Shown here one piece after another: positions 1 to 20,776 of a DNA stretch of 64,000 bases. Below the pieces are notes generated by a model. The model was not told the DNA's origin and made no database searches. It worked only from the letters and a program-made list of their open reading frames with translations. Numbering within the stretch: position 1 is the first letter of the stretch; the number at the start of each line of letters is the position of its first letter. The DNA is from the human T2T-CHM13v2.0 reference genome, Homo sapiens, in the NCBI RefSeq assembly GCF_009914755.1, contig NC_060947.1; one strand, written 5' to 3'. Position numbers and translations under genes: made by a program.

Positions 1-1072
1 CCCATTTTGGACCTGCTTGTCCCCCAAAATGTTCTCTGGACTTGAAGACAAACTAACCTAAATAAGGCGCTGCTGTTTTAGGTGATGAAGACTGCTTCCC
101 TCCAAGGTGGGCTCCAACCAGACTCCACTAGGGCATTGCTGGAGCCTTTGAGCACAGATTGGGGATGCATCAAAATCTAGTCCCAAGGGACTTCCATGCA
201 CAGTGGACCTACATACTAGCTGATCACATAAATCAAACTCTCCAGTCTCCTAACTGCCTTCTAGTATGGTTCCAGGCCCAAATGACTGCCTTTCTCTTCT
301 TGCTACCCTAATATGCACCTGCCACCCCCAAATTTCTGTTAGTTCACTTCCCTTCCCAGTGGCCAGCTCTGCAGACCACCAACATGCAAGCTGAAGCCCA
401 CACACACCAAAGCCAAGGAAAGGTAGCCCTGGCAGGGTGCAGCACTCCCCTCCTTCTCTCCCTTCCTGTTCTCACTGGCACTGCTAGCCTCAGGCCTGGG
501 ATGGCGTACTCACTGAGCTGTAACCCTCACCACAGTCTCACTCTATGCATTGAGTGCCCATTGAGCAGGGAAGCCTGAACCCCCTCCTGGCCTGTGTGAA
601 AAGAACTCTGACCTTAAGTTCAGCCCAGCCCTTGCCAACCCTTTTCCTCTACTCTGATGGTGTTCTACCACAACCCAAGCCAGAAACCCTGGAGACAAGA
701 AGTTGCTTCTCTCTTAACCACTGCCTGAGACACTCCCCTTTTGGGGAAGCCAGTTCACATTCACATCCTATGAGAAACAAAGCCCTGAGATTGTACCTCC
801 TGTCCTGATTATTCCTCAAGCCATATCACTTTCTCCAGAAGACCCCCCTGACATGCACTGCAGTCAGGCACTCATTCTGCCTTGCCTGGACTCCTGCAAT
901 GGTCTCCTTCCTGGTCTCCCTGCCCAGTCTTCCCCCATCCTTATACTGCCAAAGTCCTCCTTCTAAAAGCAAGTCAGATCCCCTCATTCCTCTGCTGAAA
1001 AGATCTTCAACAGGTCCCCATTAGTTAAGGAAAGAAATTCCACAAATGTTAGCATGTTACCAAAGCCTCTAG

Positions 1073-1605
1073 AGCAACGATCATCAAGCTTTTCGATCTC
1101 AGAATCTTAAAAATAATTGAGATGTGGCAGAGAAAAAAAGGGTGATTTCTTGGGGGAAAAAAACAGTACTCCAAAGACCTTATATTTTGTGAGCTACATC
1201 TGTCAATATATATTGAATTATAAATAAAAACAAAAAATTTTTAAATATTCAGGTATCAATTCCCTTGAAATTCACAATAATAAACCAACAACATGTTCAT
1301 ATAAATAATATAATTACATGGTAACATAAGTAACATATTTTTAAGAAAAATAACTAAAGTTTTATGAAACATAACCATATTTTTCAAAACAACCAAAAAT
1401 GTAGGTCAAAACAACACGGTTTTGTATTTTTGCAAATCTCTTTAATGTCTGGGTTAATGGAGGACAGCTGGATTCTTATGTTTGTTTCTGCATCTGATTT
1501 GTTATGGTAGTTTGTTTTAGCTGAGGTACATGAAGAAACTCCAGTATTACACAGATATGTAATTAGAAGAGGCAGGATTTTGCAGACCCCCTCAAAGGGA
1601 CTCTA
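1073..1605 (+). mobile_element. hAT-Charlie non-autonomous DNA transposon (MER119/Charlie1-like)
   Basis: Contains TTTTTGCAAATCTCTTTAATGTCTGG..GACAGCTGGATTC and CAGATATGTA..GCAGACCCCCT, resembling the MER119/Charlie1 consensus. Confidence 0.7.
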
Positions 1606-1689
1606 GTGAGGAGGAATCAAATCAGCATCAAATCAAATGGGCATCAAATCAGAGAGGCTGGGAGAGAGGGATAGCAAAAACGAACAAGT

Positions 1690-1835
1690 ATACTTTTGAG
1701 AGTGATGGATGTTTTCATTACCTTGATTGTGGTGATGGTTTCATGGTATATACATATGTCAAAACTTATAAAATTGTATATTTTAAGTATATGCTATTTG
1801 TCATATGTCAATTAGTTCAATAAAGCTATTTAAAA
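1690..1835 (+). mobile_element. Ancient L1M (L1ME/MC) 3' end fragment
   Basis: TTGATTGTGGTGATGGTTTCATGG..TGTCAAAACTTAT..CAATAAAGCT motif. Confidence 0.7.
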
Positions 1836-2301
1836 ATAGGAGAAAAAAGCTTCAAAAATGCTGTTCATCATGACGTCAACCTCCCTTTCTTCCCCCTCTG
1901 CCTCTACTCCCCTTCAAGCCATAAAACTTACACTCCAACTGTGTGTTACTAACAGTGGTGCCCCAGACCCACCAGCACCGGTCCCTTTCTGCACCTTTCC
2001 TCTCATCCCTTCCTCTACCTAAAATCCTTTCCCCACCAATGCCTCCACTCTCCACCTTCCCTCCTCTCCAACTGGATAAATTCCTCAAAATCTACCTCAA
2101 ATGTCATCATCCCTAAAAAGCTTTCCTAGATCCCAACACCCTCTTCCAGGAAAATTAAGCTATTGTTTCTTCAACTTTAGTGGGTCAGGAAGGAATCAGG
2201 TGAGAGCAGCGGGGGCACATTTCTATCTGAATTTCCTCAGATTGACTTGTCTCCTGTTAATCTTCTTTGAATCAAGAAAAGACACTAAAAAAGGGATCCA
2301 A

Positions 2302-3585
<1,284 letters not shown>

Positions 3586-3915
3586 AAAAAAGGGATCCAA
3601 AAGTCTATGAGCAGATGAAGACAGCCTAGGGCAAGCAGCCTAGTGCTACAGGGCCTATTGGAAAAGTCGATTTCCTCCGTGTTCCATCTCCCCACCACAC
3701 ACATCTGCAGGGAGCTTGCTGATAGCAAGGCCTACACTTAAGCCACCTATAATCCTTAAAGCACCAAGCCCATCACAGGTTCTTACCACATACCTGTGCT
3801 GCAAGGGAAGCAGGACTTCCTCAGTAAGACTCAGCTTCCTCAGTAAGACCTTCAGACATAAAAGGCATCTAAGAGTATCCACCTGTCAGGGTTGCCATAA
3901 GTCCTTATCAACAGA

Positions 3916-4373
3916 GTGTATTATTTTCCTAGGGCTGCCATAACAAAATCGCAAACTGGATGTCTGAAAACAACAGGAATGCATTCCCTCACAGATCTGG
4001 AGGCTAGAAGTCTGAAATCAAGTTGTCAACAGAGACATGCTTCCTTGGCTAGTAGCTGCATCATTTCAATCTCTGCCCTCGTCTTCATATGGCCTGGTAT
4101 GTCTCCGTGCGTCTCCAAATCTCTTTCTCCTTATAAAGACACCACTGATTGGATTTAGGGTTGATCCTAATTAAGTATGACCTTGTATTAATTTGATTAC
4201 TAGGTTCTTGCAAAAGTAACTCTGGGTTTTTTTTTTTTGCCATTGAAGGTAATGCATCTGCAAAAACAAAAACAAAAACAAACAAACAAACAAAAACCCT
4301 ATTCCAAATAAGGCAACATTCTGAAATTCTGGGTAGACATGAATTTTGGTGGATGTATCACCACTCAGCACAG
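3916..4373 (-). mobile_element. MLT1 (B/C-like) MaLR solo LTR
   Basis: TGTATT..CCTAGGGCTGCCATAACAAA..CTGGAGGCTAGAAGTCTGAAATCAAG..ATTCCAAATAAGG, typical of a reversed MLT1. Confidence 0.8.
4201..4254. mobile_element. Half MADE1 (Hsmar1 MITE) nested in MLT1
   Basis: TAGGTTCTTGCAAAAGTAAC..GGTTTTT..GCCATTGAAGGTAATG resembles the MADE1 left TIR and spacer. Confidence 0.65.
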
Positions 4374-6995
4374 TATACAGAGCATGTGTGAAGGTACACA
4401 GTAAGTGACAGGCTCATGTGAACATCCTCCTTTCTTTCTACAAAGGTAGAAGAGTAGCAGAGGCCCCTTTCCCAGGAGGATAACCTGGGCTTATGGAGGG
4501 CTTTGTACTTAGACACTTACCAACCAAGTAGGAGCAACTGGAAGGAAAATGAGAGACAGAAGTGGATGATAACTGTTTTCCTTCTCAGCCATTGCCCTCC
4601 TCCCGTGACTGCTCTGCCTTCATTTTTTCCTGTTTCCTCACTCCACACCCACATGGGCAGTGCCATACAGAACACACACCTGCCTATTCAGAGTAGAACT
4701 TCATACACTACCCAGGAATTGCTTCCTTACACTTAGGGAATATAATTTATTGCTAAAATTTCTCAGTGATGAGTATAGAATATCCCAGTGAGGGAATGTT
4801 TGTTGTGTGCAGCCTACATAATAAATCATAAAGGCCAGCTTTTTAAAATGAATAAAAGGGAAAGAATGACTGAAAAAAACTACTCTAAAAATGCCTTCAC
4901 AACTAGCTCTGATCCAAAATGCTATAATGTGATTTGGCTTTCTAATGCCAGGTAGCAGCCATTGGTTTAAAAAAAAAAAAAAAAAAAAGGAAAAACATGA
5001 AATATCATGGCAAAGTATCAAAAGCCTTCATGAAAAAACAGATACAAGTAAATATTCTATGTCCATCTTTAACACTGAAAGGCCAGGGATGTTCAACAAG
5101 CCCACATTTAGGAACCTGCACTTGATCTGTTAGCTGTACTGAGTGTGCTCCTAATGTCAGTTTTGCTGTAAGTGCATAACAAACCCTACCAGCTCACAGA
5201 GGCTTGGATGCCTGGGAAATATGGTGACAATAATGGGGGCAGGATGGGCAGGGTCCTGACCCCAGACCCAGAACATAGGAATTTGTCAGACAATGAGGTA
5301 GCAGGCCTGGAGTCCTTCTGTGATCCCCTTTTGCCCCCAATACCAAATCTTAAATTCAGTTTTGAGTTGCTCAAAACATCATTACTTCTCAAAGGCAACT
5401 TGAACTGAGTCTCCTGCAATTTTAAAATGACCTTGACCTTTTCTGCTGTCAGTCTTGGCGATTTGGTGAAGTATTTACACAACCCTATTATTTCCCTTGA
5501 GAATTCCTTTTCCCTCCCTGTTTTTCTTCTATTCTTTACTCTCCCTTTATTCTTTCAAGATATTCACACTGCTTTATTCAAATTGTGATACTTAACACAT
5601 CATTAATTTGCACCATTTCAAAGGTTTTCCATTTCTAGACCTGTGCACATAATATGTACTATTGCAATACATTAGATTAAGGATTTAAAATCAGAAATAT
5701 GGAATTGACATCAAAGGGAGGCCACATGCCATGTTACATTGGAAATACTTTGTTAAATGTACATAGGAACCTAATCTTCACATATGCTGAAAATTGGTAC
5801 TGTTCACACTTATAAGAGCTACTGATATTATCTCTTACTAAAGTGTGTTTGGTGAAAGAAAACTGTGTTTAAGTTTAGAATGTCCTGAGAATAACAGGTA
5901 AGTATCTGGGTCAAAATTCCCATTCAAGTAATTACATTTCCCCAACCAAAAGTTAATTAGCACTTCTTGATAACACTGTTGGATAGTGCTACTGAATAAG
6001 ATTATTTGAGCAGGTACCAGTCCACAATGTACAAAACAACCTAGATCCCCATAGGTTACTTTTTCTATTAATTGGAAATCTGTGGTCTCTTATTTAAAGG
6101 TGAGCCCCCATTAAAGGAATCTTGGACAGTCCATTAAGACAAAAATAAACTTCATGTACATACTCTCCATAAACTCTTCTGAGAAAATATGATACTAATC
6201 ACTTGCTTATCCAGCACAAAACCTATCAGTGCATGTCACCCATCCAGAACTCAGGTGATAATGGGAAGAAGGGCAAAACAGATTCTGTAGAGGTGCACAA
6301 TTGCACACACCCACACCCACACCTACACACAAAGTTTCAGAAATTGTTATTTACAGGAGAACTCCTCAACTCCTCACTAGGAACTTCCATTCTCCTACTT
6401 TACACAAAGTTTTTACAGGGTTGGCTAATTCTCTCCATCTGAATATCCTAGAACTACCAAATGAGAGGGAGGACAGTGAGCAAGTGCTACCAGTAGGCCT
6501 CTAACAACAACTCAAAGTGATAGCTGCTAGCCTGCCAGGGAAGAAGACAGAAAAACTCAGAAACTCCAGCCCAAGAACTCAAAAAGTTCTTGGTCTCAGA
6601 CCATTTGTTGCAGGATAAAGTGATCCCCGTACCTCAAGAACTGATACTTATTAGGAAGATTCTAGGTTGCCAACAAAAGATAAAATATATTCAGCAGTAT
6701 TTGCTTTAAAAAACCAAAGTAGTGACTAACACATTTTAAAAAGACACTACTAAAACTTTTCAAATTAAAACTGCTTTGCTATCTAAATGGCAAATGGTCA
6801 AACCCACCTATCCACAATGACTCCCTCCCTGGTGCTCAAAGAGATGAGGTGGTGTTAAAGAGAAGGCTTTGTTTGGAGGTGGTGGCTTGGGATTCTTTTC
6901 AAATAGTGAATCTTCTTTTTCCTGTTATTGTATCTAGCCCTCATCTAGCCTGTGAAGTAGGCTGAGTCCACCTGCAGTGCCTTCTCTCTATCCTA

Positions 6996-7200
6996 TCAAC
7001 AAATATTTACTGAGCCCTTTCTATGTGCCAGGCACTGTGCTAGATAACTGGCAATAGGAACAAGATAGAAACAGCCAATGCCTGCACAGAGCTGATAGAC
7101 CAGACAACTTATAAAATACCAACTACTCATTGTATGATAAGCACTGAGATGCAGTGAACCTAAGAGATACAAGAACTCCAAGGAGCAGCCCCTAATTCTG
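6996..7200 (-). mobile_element. L2 3' end fragment
   Basis: TCAACAAATATTTACTGAGC..CTATGTGCCAGGCACTGTGCTAG. Confidence 0.75.
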
Positions 7201-7401
7201 CTTTGACTCCATTACTGTAGTAACCTCATGCTAGTAGCCTAGGCCACTTGTTTCAGCGGCCCACAAAGGGTGCTACACCCACAGCAATGTCTCATGACTG
7301 AATCTTTTCTCATACTCTGTCCATATCCTTTTAATACTTAGCTCTCCTGGGCCCCGTATGTTAGGAAGTTAAGACTCCTAAGAGGACACAATCAGATAAG
7401 C

Positions 7402-8405
7402 CACGCATTCTCAAAGGGTCAATACAGTCTCCAAAGGGTTGAAGTTGGTTCTTTGGGAGGGAAGAAAAAAAAAAAACTTACATATTACAATGGTTTTTGG
7501 CTCTCGAGAGCTCAACCTTACCCAACAAAATCTTACAGCTTGTTATTTAATTTCTCCTGTTGTGTTTTCTTGGGTATCATACTAGTAACACTGACCTTGA
7601 CTTCATAGTAGACATACAAAATGTGTGCCAGATCAGTACTAGAAAACTACGGTGAATAGATGACTGTGATTGGAAACTTTCTCTCCATTGATCGCCCATT
7701 CTAAAAGTTAAATGGCAGAGGTGGCTGCCACTGGCTGCCTTGTCAATGTGGTTTATATTTGATCTTCAGTTTATATGTTATCATTTAATTCTAATAACAT
7801 TATTCAGCCCATTATTAATTATGTCAAATATAAAGAAAAACTGTTAGCAAGATCTGAATGACTGTCTAGCAGCTAGTTAAATTAGAAGTTATTTTCCCAT
7901 ATCAAGCAGTAGTTAAATGTTAAGTTCAGTAAAATTTTTTAAGAAGCTAATTTAATTTTTTCAATTACTTTACTTTCGCCGGAAAAAGAGCAGATTTGGA
8001 TGAATTTTTTAAACATTGAAGCACCTTGCTATTAAATATTACAAATTTATATAAATTGTTAATTTTTATATGTAGTTGATACACTGGAATTTTTAAGTAA
8101 ATAAATTAAATTAAAATGTACTCAGCAAATACACACAAAGTTAATTGTTAATAGCTTTTTAATTTTTAACTTAATTGTTAACTGCAAACGTTAGTCATTC
8201 TTAATCCTTCATGTTATAAAAAGAGTAAGTAGGCCTTATACTTATCCTTGTTCTATATAAAGGACAGATATAGGTACAACACATAAATAGTATATCTCTG
8301 GTATTAAAATGTCATGGTATTAAAATGTCCTACAATTAGGAAAAATGTCCAGAAAGGCTCCTTAGGGGAGCAATAATGAAAAATAAAAAGCCTTGAGAAA
8401 CATTA
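7402..8405. mobile_element. hAT-Charlie internal-deletion element (Charlie9/MER112-like) with both termini
   Basis: Decayed TIRs CACGCATTCTCAA ... TTGAGAAACATTA; perfect 8-bp TSD AGATAAGC at 7394-7401 and 8406-8413. Confidence 0.8.
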
Positions 8406-9149
8406 AGATAAGCTAATCTCCATTGCCTGAATGAGAGCTAACTGTAACACCATTAACAGAGACTGGGTAACAGGAGGGTGCCTCTGTGTACTAGAATTTG
8501 AGGAATTCCCTGAAGATGGAAAACACATGGGATCAGATCGACAAGAGAAGAGCAAACCATAGCTCAAATCATGTGCAGGAAAGGTAAAAGCAGATCCAGA
8601 CAAACATTAAATTCAGAGCGAACTGTCATAAAAAAAAAACGGAGGAGGCCCCGGGGCGATTACCGATGTGATTAAGTTAAAAAAAAAAACAAAAAAAAAA
8701 AACGACGAGGCCAGTATGTACTGGGCCTCCGATGTGGGCCCAGCACACAGGTGCACAAATATACATACTGAACAGTGGCCTTCAACCACAGACTAAAACC
8801 TGAAAACATTATAAAAGGGAACTCTGGTTCTAGAGCCCGATCAAGCACTGTGGCTAATTCTGAATCAACAAATATGTGGGGGGAAAGGTTGGAAAGGTGG
8901 ATCTACCCAGAATGGAGATCCCTGAAGCCTTATTTGTTTAGAATAAAGCTCCGTTCACTATCATATGGGACTTGGGATCCCCAGTCTGAATGCCTACTCC
9001 ATGCCCAGAAACCTGAAATGACTTCCCACTGCCCAGGGGAAAAAAATCAAATCTCTTCAAAGTTTACAAAGCTCTTCTTGATGCCCCCCAGACCCTGTGC
9101 TTCAGGCAAACTGAATTTCGTGCTGTTTTTCCACCATGTGTTTCTCTCT

Positions 9150-9510
9150 CTCTCACCGCCAAGCCCTCACACAAAGCCTTCCCTTTGTCAGGAATACTCC
9201 TTCACCTGCAGCCTTTTGTACTGCTCCTTTACTGGGTAACTCTTACTCATGTTTTGGGATCTCAGCTCTTTGACCTTCCCCCACTCCTACCTCCCTTCCC
9301 CCAAGGTCAAAATGGATGCCCCTACTATGTCCTTCTCTTACTGCACTCAGAAAAATAAGTAGGCAATTGGAGTCTAGCACTGTTTAGGTGCTCACTGTAC
9401 TGTGAGCTCCGTAAAGGCAGGGATAATCTCTACCCTTGTGATCAGTGAATCCTCAGGGCCTACTTCTGGTTATTAGCTCAATAAAAAGTATTGATCAGAT
9501 TGAACTGAAA
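9150..9510 (+). mobile_element. L2 3' fragments
   Basis: CTGTGAGCTCCGTAAAGGCAGGGA..GCTCAATAAAAAGTATTG..GAACTGAA. Confidence 0.6.
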
Positions 9511-10002
9511 TGGGTGGAAGAGAGATTTGGACCTTGGTAGGGCTTTTGGCTGTCAATTCACCCTCTACAGACAGCCAAGAATTCCAACTATTGGCAGGTC
9601 CAACCTGGCTTCCGCTTTCCCAGCTATTTCTGGTTTTATAGAAATTTGCCTCAATGTCTGTTGCCACATGGTTTTTCAACCACTATTGCCAGTACCTTTA
9701 TGAAGAGATAATGAAAAAAAAAAAAAAGTCCTATCCTAATCTCAGAATCAGGAAATGAAGTCTGACGACTGGCTCTATCCCTTATCAGATTTCTGACCTT
9801 AGCCAAATAGCCCCCTCTCCCCTAGACCTCAGTTGGTGAAAGAAATGGGCTACAATTTCTTCTAGGACTTTCCTCCTCTTCTAACATCTATGACTTTTAA
9901 TCCATATAAATCAACTCATTCCTGTGCCACTGGGTGGAAGGGAGTTTTCCCTTCTTTAAAATTTAAAAACTAGGAAAAATAAGAGAGACAAGGAAAAGCC
10001 AC

Positions 10003-10444
10003 TGTTGTGAGTTAAATTATGTCCCCCAAAAAGATACGTTTAAATCCTAACTCCCAAGTACCTGTGAATGTGACTTTATTTGGAAATAAAGTCTCTACAG
10101 ATATAATCAAGGTAAGATGATGTCATAGTGGACTAGGTTAATTGGGCCCTAATCCAATGACTGTTATCGTTATAAGTAGAGGAAAATTTGGACATAGAGA
10201 AAGGGGAAATACATGCACACACATGGGAAAAGGCCTTGAGAAGACAGAGGCAGAGACTGGAATGTCAAAGATTGTTAGCAACCAGCAGAAGCTAGAAGAG
10301 GCAAGGAAGCACTCTCCCCTAGAGTCCTACTAATACTTGGATTTCAGACTTCTAGCCTCCAGAACTATGAGACAATGATTTTCTGTTGTTTCAAGGAATC
10401 AAATTTGTAGTCATCTGTTACAACAATTCTAGGAAATAAACACA
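10003..10444 (+). mobile_element. MLT1B/C-like solo LTR
   Basis: TGTTGTGAGTTAAATTATGTCCCCCAAAA..GTACCTGTGAATGTGAC..CCTCCAGAACTATGAGACAA..CA end. Confidence 0.85.
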
Positions 10445-11199
10445 GATACCATCTTGAGAAAAGACCAAACACAAAAAAGTCTTCTGATTTTACCTGAAAT
10501 CTAACACCCCATGACTACCCCCTTGTATATGCACACATAGGTCCCATTGGTGAGAAAATTTCCTATGACCACTATTAGCAAGATGAGGTTCTGGCTAAAC
10601 AGAAGCAAGCATGTGTGCAGGAGTGGGCAAGGGGACAAAAAATAGCACTCCTGAGAGTCGCCATGAGTTTTTTCCACTCAGAACATTATGTGCTGATCAC
10701 AAAGCATGCCATAACTCATTGTTTTAAGAGCACTGATGAAGCGATGGATTGACCAACTCCAAATCAGCAACAGGGAGGTATCCAGGACAACATATCAATT
10801 GTCTAAAGAAAGGGCTGGATAAATACATAACATAACCACGGAAGCAATAATTATGAACAAGGGCTCTTCAGCAGATACTAAATGAGAGTCACGTGTCCAG
10901 AACAATTACCGCTTGTAAATTAGAAAAGTCTCCAATAGCAAAATGTAGCCATTAAATGACAATAAGCCCTTAATAACAACAAAAGGTGTGATTGCTTTTC
11001 ATTAAGCAAAGAGACAAAACACGCAATCTGCAATAGTAAAAATGATGCGGCAAGTGTAGTCAGGAGCCCTAGGCCCTGTCCCTGGCTCTGCGCTCATTTA
11101 AGGAACACAGCAGCAGTTGTGCTTTCAATATATTTTGATTGAGAAAACAACAAACTGCAAGCAGCTACCATGTCTTGGGTAGTTCTTTTAATTTGTATA

Positions 11200-11460
11200 T
11201 TAGTAGTAATAAAGGTTAATATATACAGCACTTACTTTGTACCAGGGACTGTTCTAAGGATTTTTAAAAAAATATTTAATATAAGGTAGACAACAACGTT
11301 TTGAGGTACATGCTATTATTATATTCATTTCCCAGACAAGGATGTTGAGGCTCAGAGAAGTTAAGCAATTTGTCTAGCATCATTATACATACATACAAAG
11401 CTTGTATGTTCTAGATGGAGAATCTCAAACCATGCAGTCTGGTTCCAGAGCTTATTACTT
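11200..11460 (-). mobile_element. MIR SINE
   Basis: GCACTTACT.TGTACCAGG..TGAGGCTCAGAGAAGTTAAG core. Confidence 0.75.
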
Positions 11461-12662
11461 ATCCTGCCATCACAAGAGTATGCATATACTTGTGAAAAAC
11501 AGGAGCACATATACAGGCCATATTAATCATTTAGTCTATAGCTAAAACTAGGTGTGCATATTTAGTACCTTAAGCATTAATGACACCCCCATACCCTCAG
11601 GGTGCATGGCTCCTGTGTCTTGAAGCCTCTTCTTAATGAAAAGCAATTGCTTCTTAATGAAAAGGAATTGTCATGTAATAGCTACATTTTGATATTGGGG
11701 ATCTCTAATTTACATGCAATAACATGAGACCCAGCACTGAAGACGCTTTAGAGCCTAATCCAGCTCTGTCTCTCTATAGGCCCTTCCAGGTCAGTGCTGG
11801 CCAACAAGTATCTACTAGAAAGAAAGTCTCCCAAGTCACCCACTTAAGCAAAGAAATCCCCCAACACTCAGATGACAGGTGGAGGGATACAACTTCTTTG
11901 ACTTTTTAGTTTGTCTCCATGAGTTATCTTCAGGACACTGCAGCTAACCGTGGACTACTTTGACTCACCATTCTAGGGTAGGGACTGTAAGTTTCTGGGG
12001 ACAGGAAGAAAGGCAGAAATGTGCAAAAGTTCTTACTGGCCACAACACAGGAGACTAGCTCCAGCAGTCTTCAGAGGCATGTTTGCCCTGGAGATGCAGA
12101 TGCCTAGTGAACTGACGGTGGGTGCAGAAGAGTAGGGAAATGCTTGTCTGAGAAGTCAATTTTTCTCCTCTGCTTAACATGAGCTCCCAAAGAACAATAG
12201 ACCTGATACAAAAGCAGTCTTCTGGAACTTGTCCTCCCCACTCTTCAGAAAGTGCTTGGGATCATGGTTTAGGGATTTCCATTGCTAATGGCCACCTCCT
12301 GGTAAAAGCTGCTAGGCCAGGGATATGCAAGCCACAGCTCGGGGCTGTTTTTCAGGGTGAGCCCTGGGCAGCAGAATATTCTCCAGACCCAGGAAGCTTT
12401 CCCACAGGCAGGGAAAGTCAATGTTTGGTGAGGCTTCAAGTTTATACAATTTCAGAGACTCTTTTTAGGAATGGAATACAAAATGATGAACATAAAATTG
12501 TTTTGTCAGGGTTGAGCCCTGGTCAGCAGAGTCTTCTCCTGTGAGAGAAAATAAATCACCCAAAACTTCTTTAGATTCATTATAAACCCACTTTTGCCCA
12601 CAAGTTTTTTAAATGTCACATGCAGACAACTGAACTTACTACCTCCCCTCTCCCCTCACATT

Positions 12663-12975
12663 CTATGGGGACAGGCTTTAAGGTGGCCCCCATGATCTCT
12701 GCTTCCTGGTATTCACGCCCCTGTATAAACTCCTCCCTTTGATCCTGACTTGCTTCTAACCAACAGGACATTGCCAAGGTGATAAGACGAATTTGATTAT
12801 GTGTACATGATTACAATGCATCAAAATGTAACCCTTATATTGCTAAGTGACTCCCTTACTGGCTTTGAATAAGCAAGGAGTCTTATTGGTAAGGCCCATG
12901 TGGCAAGAAACTGAGTGTGGTCTCTGGCCAACAGCCAGTTAGAAACCGAGGCGCTCAACCTTAAAGCCCACAGGC
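12663..12975 (+). mobile_element. MLT1E/F-like LTR fragment, followed by a MER5-like fragment (~12980-13120)
   Basis: AAGGTGGCCCCCATGATC..CTGGTATTCACGCCCCTGTATAA..TGACTTGCTTCTAACCAA. Confidence 0.7.
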
Positions 12976-13409
12976 TTAAGTCGTTCTCCAACTTCAGTAT
13001 GCACAAGAATAATCAAGGGAGCTTATGATAGTATTTATTCTAACATATTCTACCATTCTTAACAAAATCAGAGCCCACTCCCAGAAATTTTTATTCAGTA
13101 ACTCTACCATGGGGCACATACTTAACATCTAAGGTGAGAAAAAGTACACTGCAGTCCACAAGCCAACATGTTTAAGCTTTATGGGCCACAATAAATGAAG
13201 GTGAGAAAAATGTACCTGGTCCTTACGTCATTGCTTTATGTCAAATTGAAATGAGAAGTAAAACGCTAAGGAAACTAAGTAAACATCAGAAAGTCATCTG
13301 AGGAAAACAAGAACCAAACAAGAGGCCGCTGAGAAAATCTAGGAGCACAACACACTATTCCAGGAACCATTAGAAGGGCAAACTGCCAATATAAGAAGAG
13401 AATGGAAAG

Positions 13410-13660
13410 GAAAGTGACATTTGCTGAGCATCTACCATATGCCAGCCACGTGAAATATGCTGTAAGTCTGATTATTATCATTATTATTATTATTTCCTTA
13501 CCATAGCCCTGTAATGTAGGAATTGTCATCCTTATTTCACTGATAAGCAAACTAAACTCGGAAGCTATATCATTTGCCAAAGGTCACACGACTAATAAGT
13601 GGCAAAGCAAGGACTCAAACCCAGGTATTTCTGATTTAGACCCAGGCACTTTGTACTAGA
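13410..13660 (-). mobile_element. MIR SINE
   Basis: CATTTGCTGAGCATCTACCATATGCCAG..GCCAAAGGTCACAC..GGACTCAAACCCAGG. Confidence 0.75.
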
Positions 13661-14171
13661 TCAGATTATAATGAGCCCCACCTTCCACTTCTATCTTGTT
13701 TAAATTTACTCCAAACTGCTATCTGAGAGACCTCTGCTATGGTTTAAATGTATCCTCCAAAAGTTCATGTGTTGGAAACTTAATACTTCTACCCTCATAA
13801 AGGGATTAATGTCACTATCAGGAGTGAGTTTGTTATCTCAGGAGTGGCTTTGTTATAAAAGCAAGCTCTCTCTAGCTCTCTTGTTCTTCCCTTCTTAACA
13901 TGTGATGCCCTTCACCATGTTGTGATGCAGCAAGAAGGCCTTCACCCCATGCAGGTGTAATGGTTTTTAACTTCCCAGCCTCCAGAACCATGAGTTAAAT
14001 TAACATCTTTGTTTTATAAATTACCCAGTCTGTGGTATTCTGTTTTAGCAATAGAAAACAAAGAAAGAAAATTAGTACCAGAAAGTGGTGTTGTTGCCAC
14101 AACAAATATCTGAAAATGTGGAAGCAGCCTTAGAACTGGATGATGGGTAGGGGCTGGAAGAAGTTACAGGA

Positions 14172-19932
<5,761 letters not shown>

Positions 19933-20459
19933 TTGTACACTGGAGAAATCAAACTCAAGGATAGTGAGGGAGTCCTGGTCACATTGTTGGAGGTCATTCA
20001 GCTTTGAAGCCAGGTCTACTTTTACTCCTTTCAGGTATGCAAATCAATATTATAATAACTACTACTACTACTATTATTACTGCCACCACTACTATCACCA
20101 CCACCATTATTATTTCTATTATTATTTGGGTTAATGTCTGTTTCTATCAAATGAATTCAACAACTCTAAAATTTTCCTGAAGTTTTCTTAGGAAAATCCA
20201 GTCTAAGGATGCTGTGCATTAGAGATCCAAAAACAGTATGTTCAAGCAGCATCATGAATTTAAGTTGGAATAACTGAGCACAGCATGCTTATTTGGTATG
20301 CTTTTTTCCTCTAGAATATTCCCCCCAAATATTCCAAATAAGGAATCATATTTTGTGAACAACCAAAACCGAAGTATTTATGACAACGTTAAGGTGGGGG
20401 CTGACAGCTCTGAAATTTGCAGGGCAGGCTTGCAGGCTGGAAATTCAGGCTGAGTTTTC

Positions 20460-20605
20460 TTTTTTTTTTTTTTTATTATTATTATTATACTTTAAGTTTT
20501 AGGGTACATGTGCACAATGTGCAGGTCAGTTACATATGTATACATGTGACATGCTGGTGCGCTGCACCCACTAATTCGTCATCTAGCATTAGGTATATCT
20601 CCCAA
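20460..20605 (-). mobile_element. Very short young L1 3' end (L1PA2-like)
   Basis: Poly(T), then ATACTTTAAGTTTTAGGGTACATGTGCAC..GGTGCGCTGCACCCACTAA..TCTCCCAAT; TSD TGAGTTTTC (20451-20459) / TGGGTTTTC (20606-20614). Confidence 0.85.
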
Positions 20606-20776
20606 TGGGTTTTCATGTGGTAGTTCTGTGGATAATTCCTTCTATGTCGGGGAACCTCAGTTTTTGCTAATAAGGTTTCCAACTGATTGGATGAGGGCCA
20701 TGTACATTATGGAGATTAATCTTTTTTTCTTAAGGTCTACTGATTTAAATGTCAAATCACATCTAAAAGTACCACT

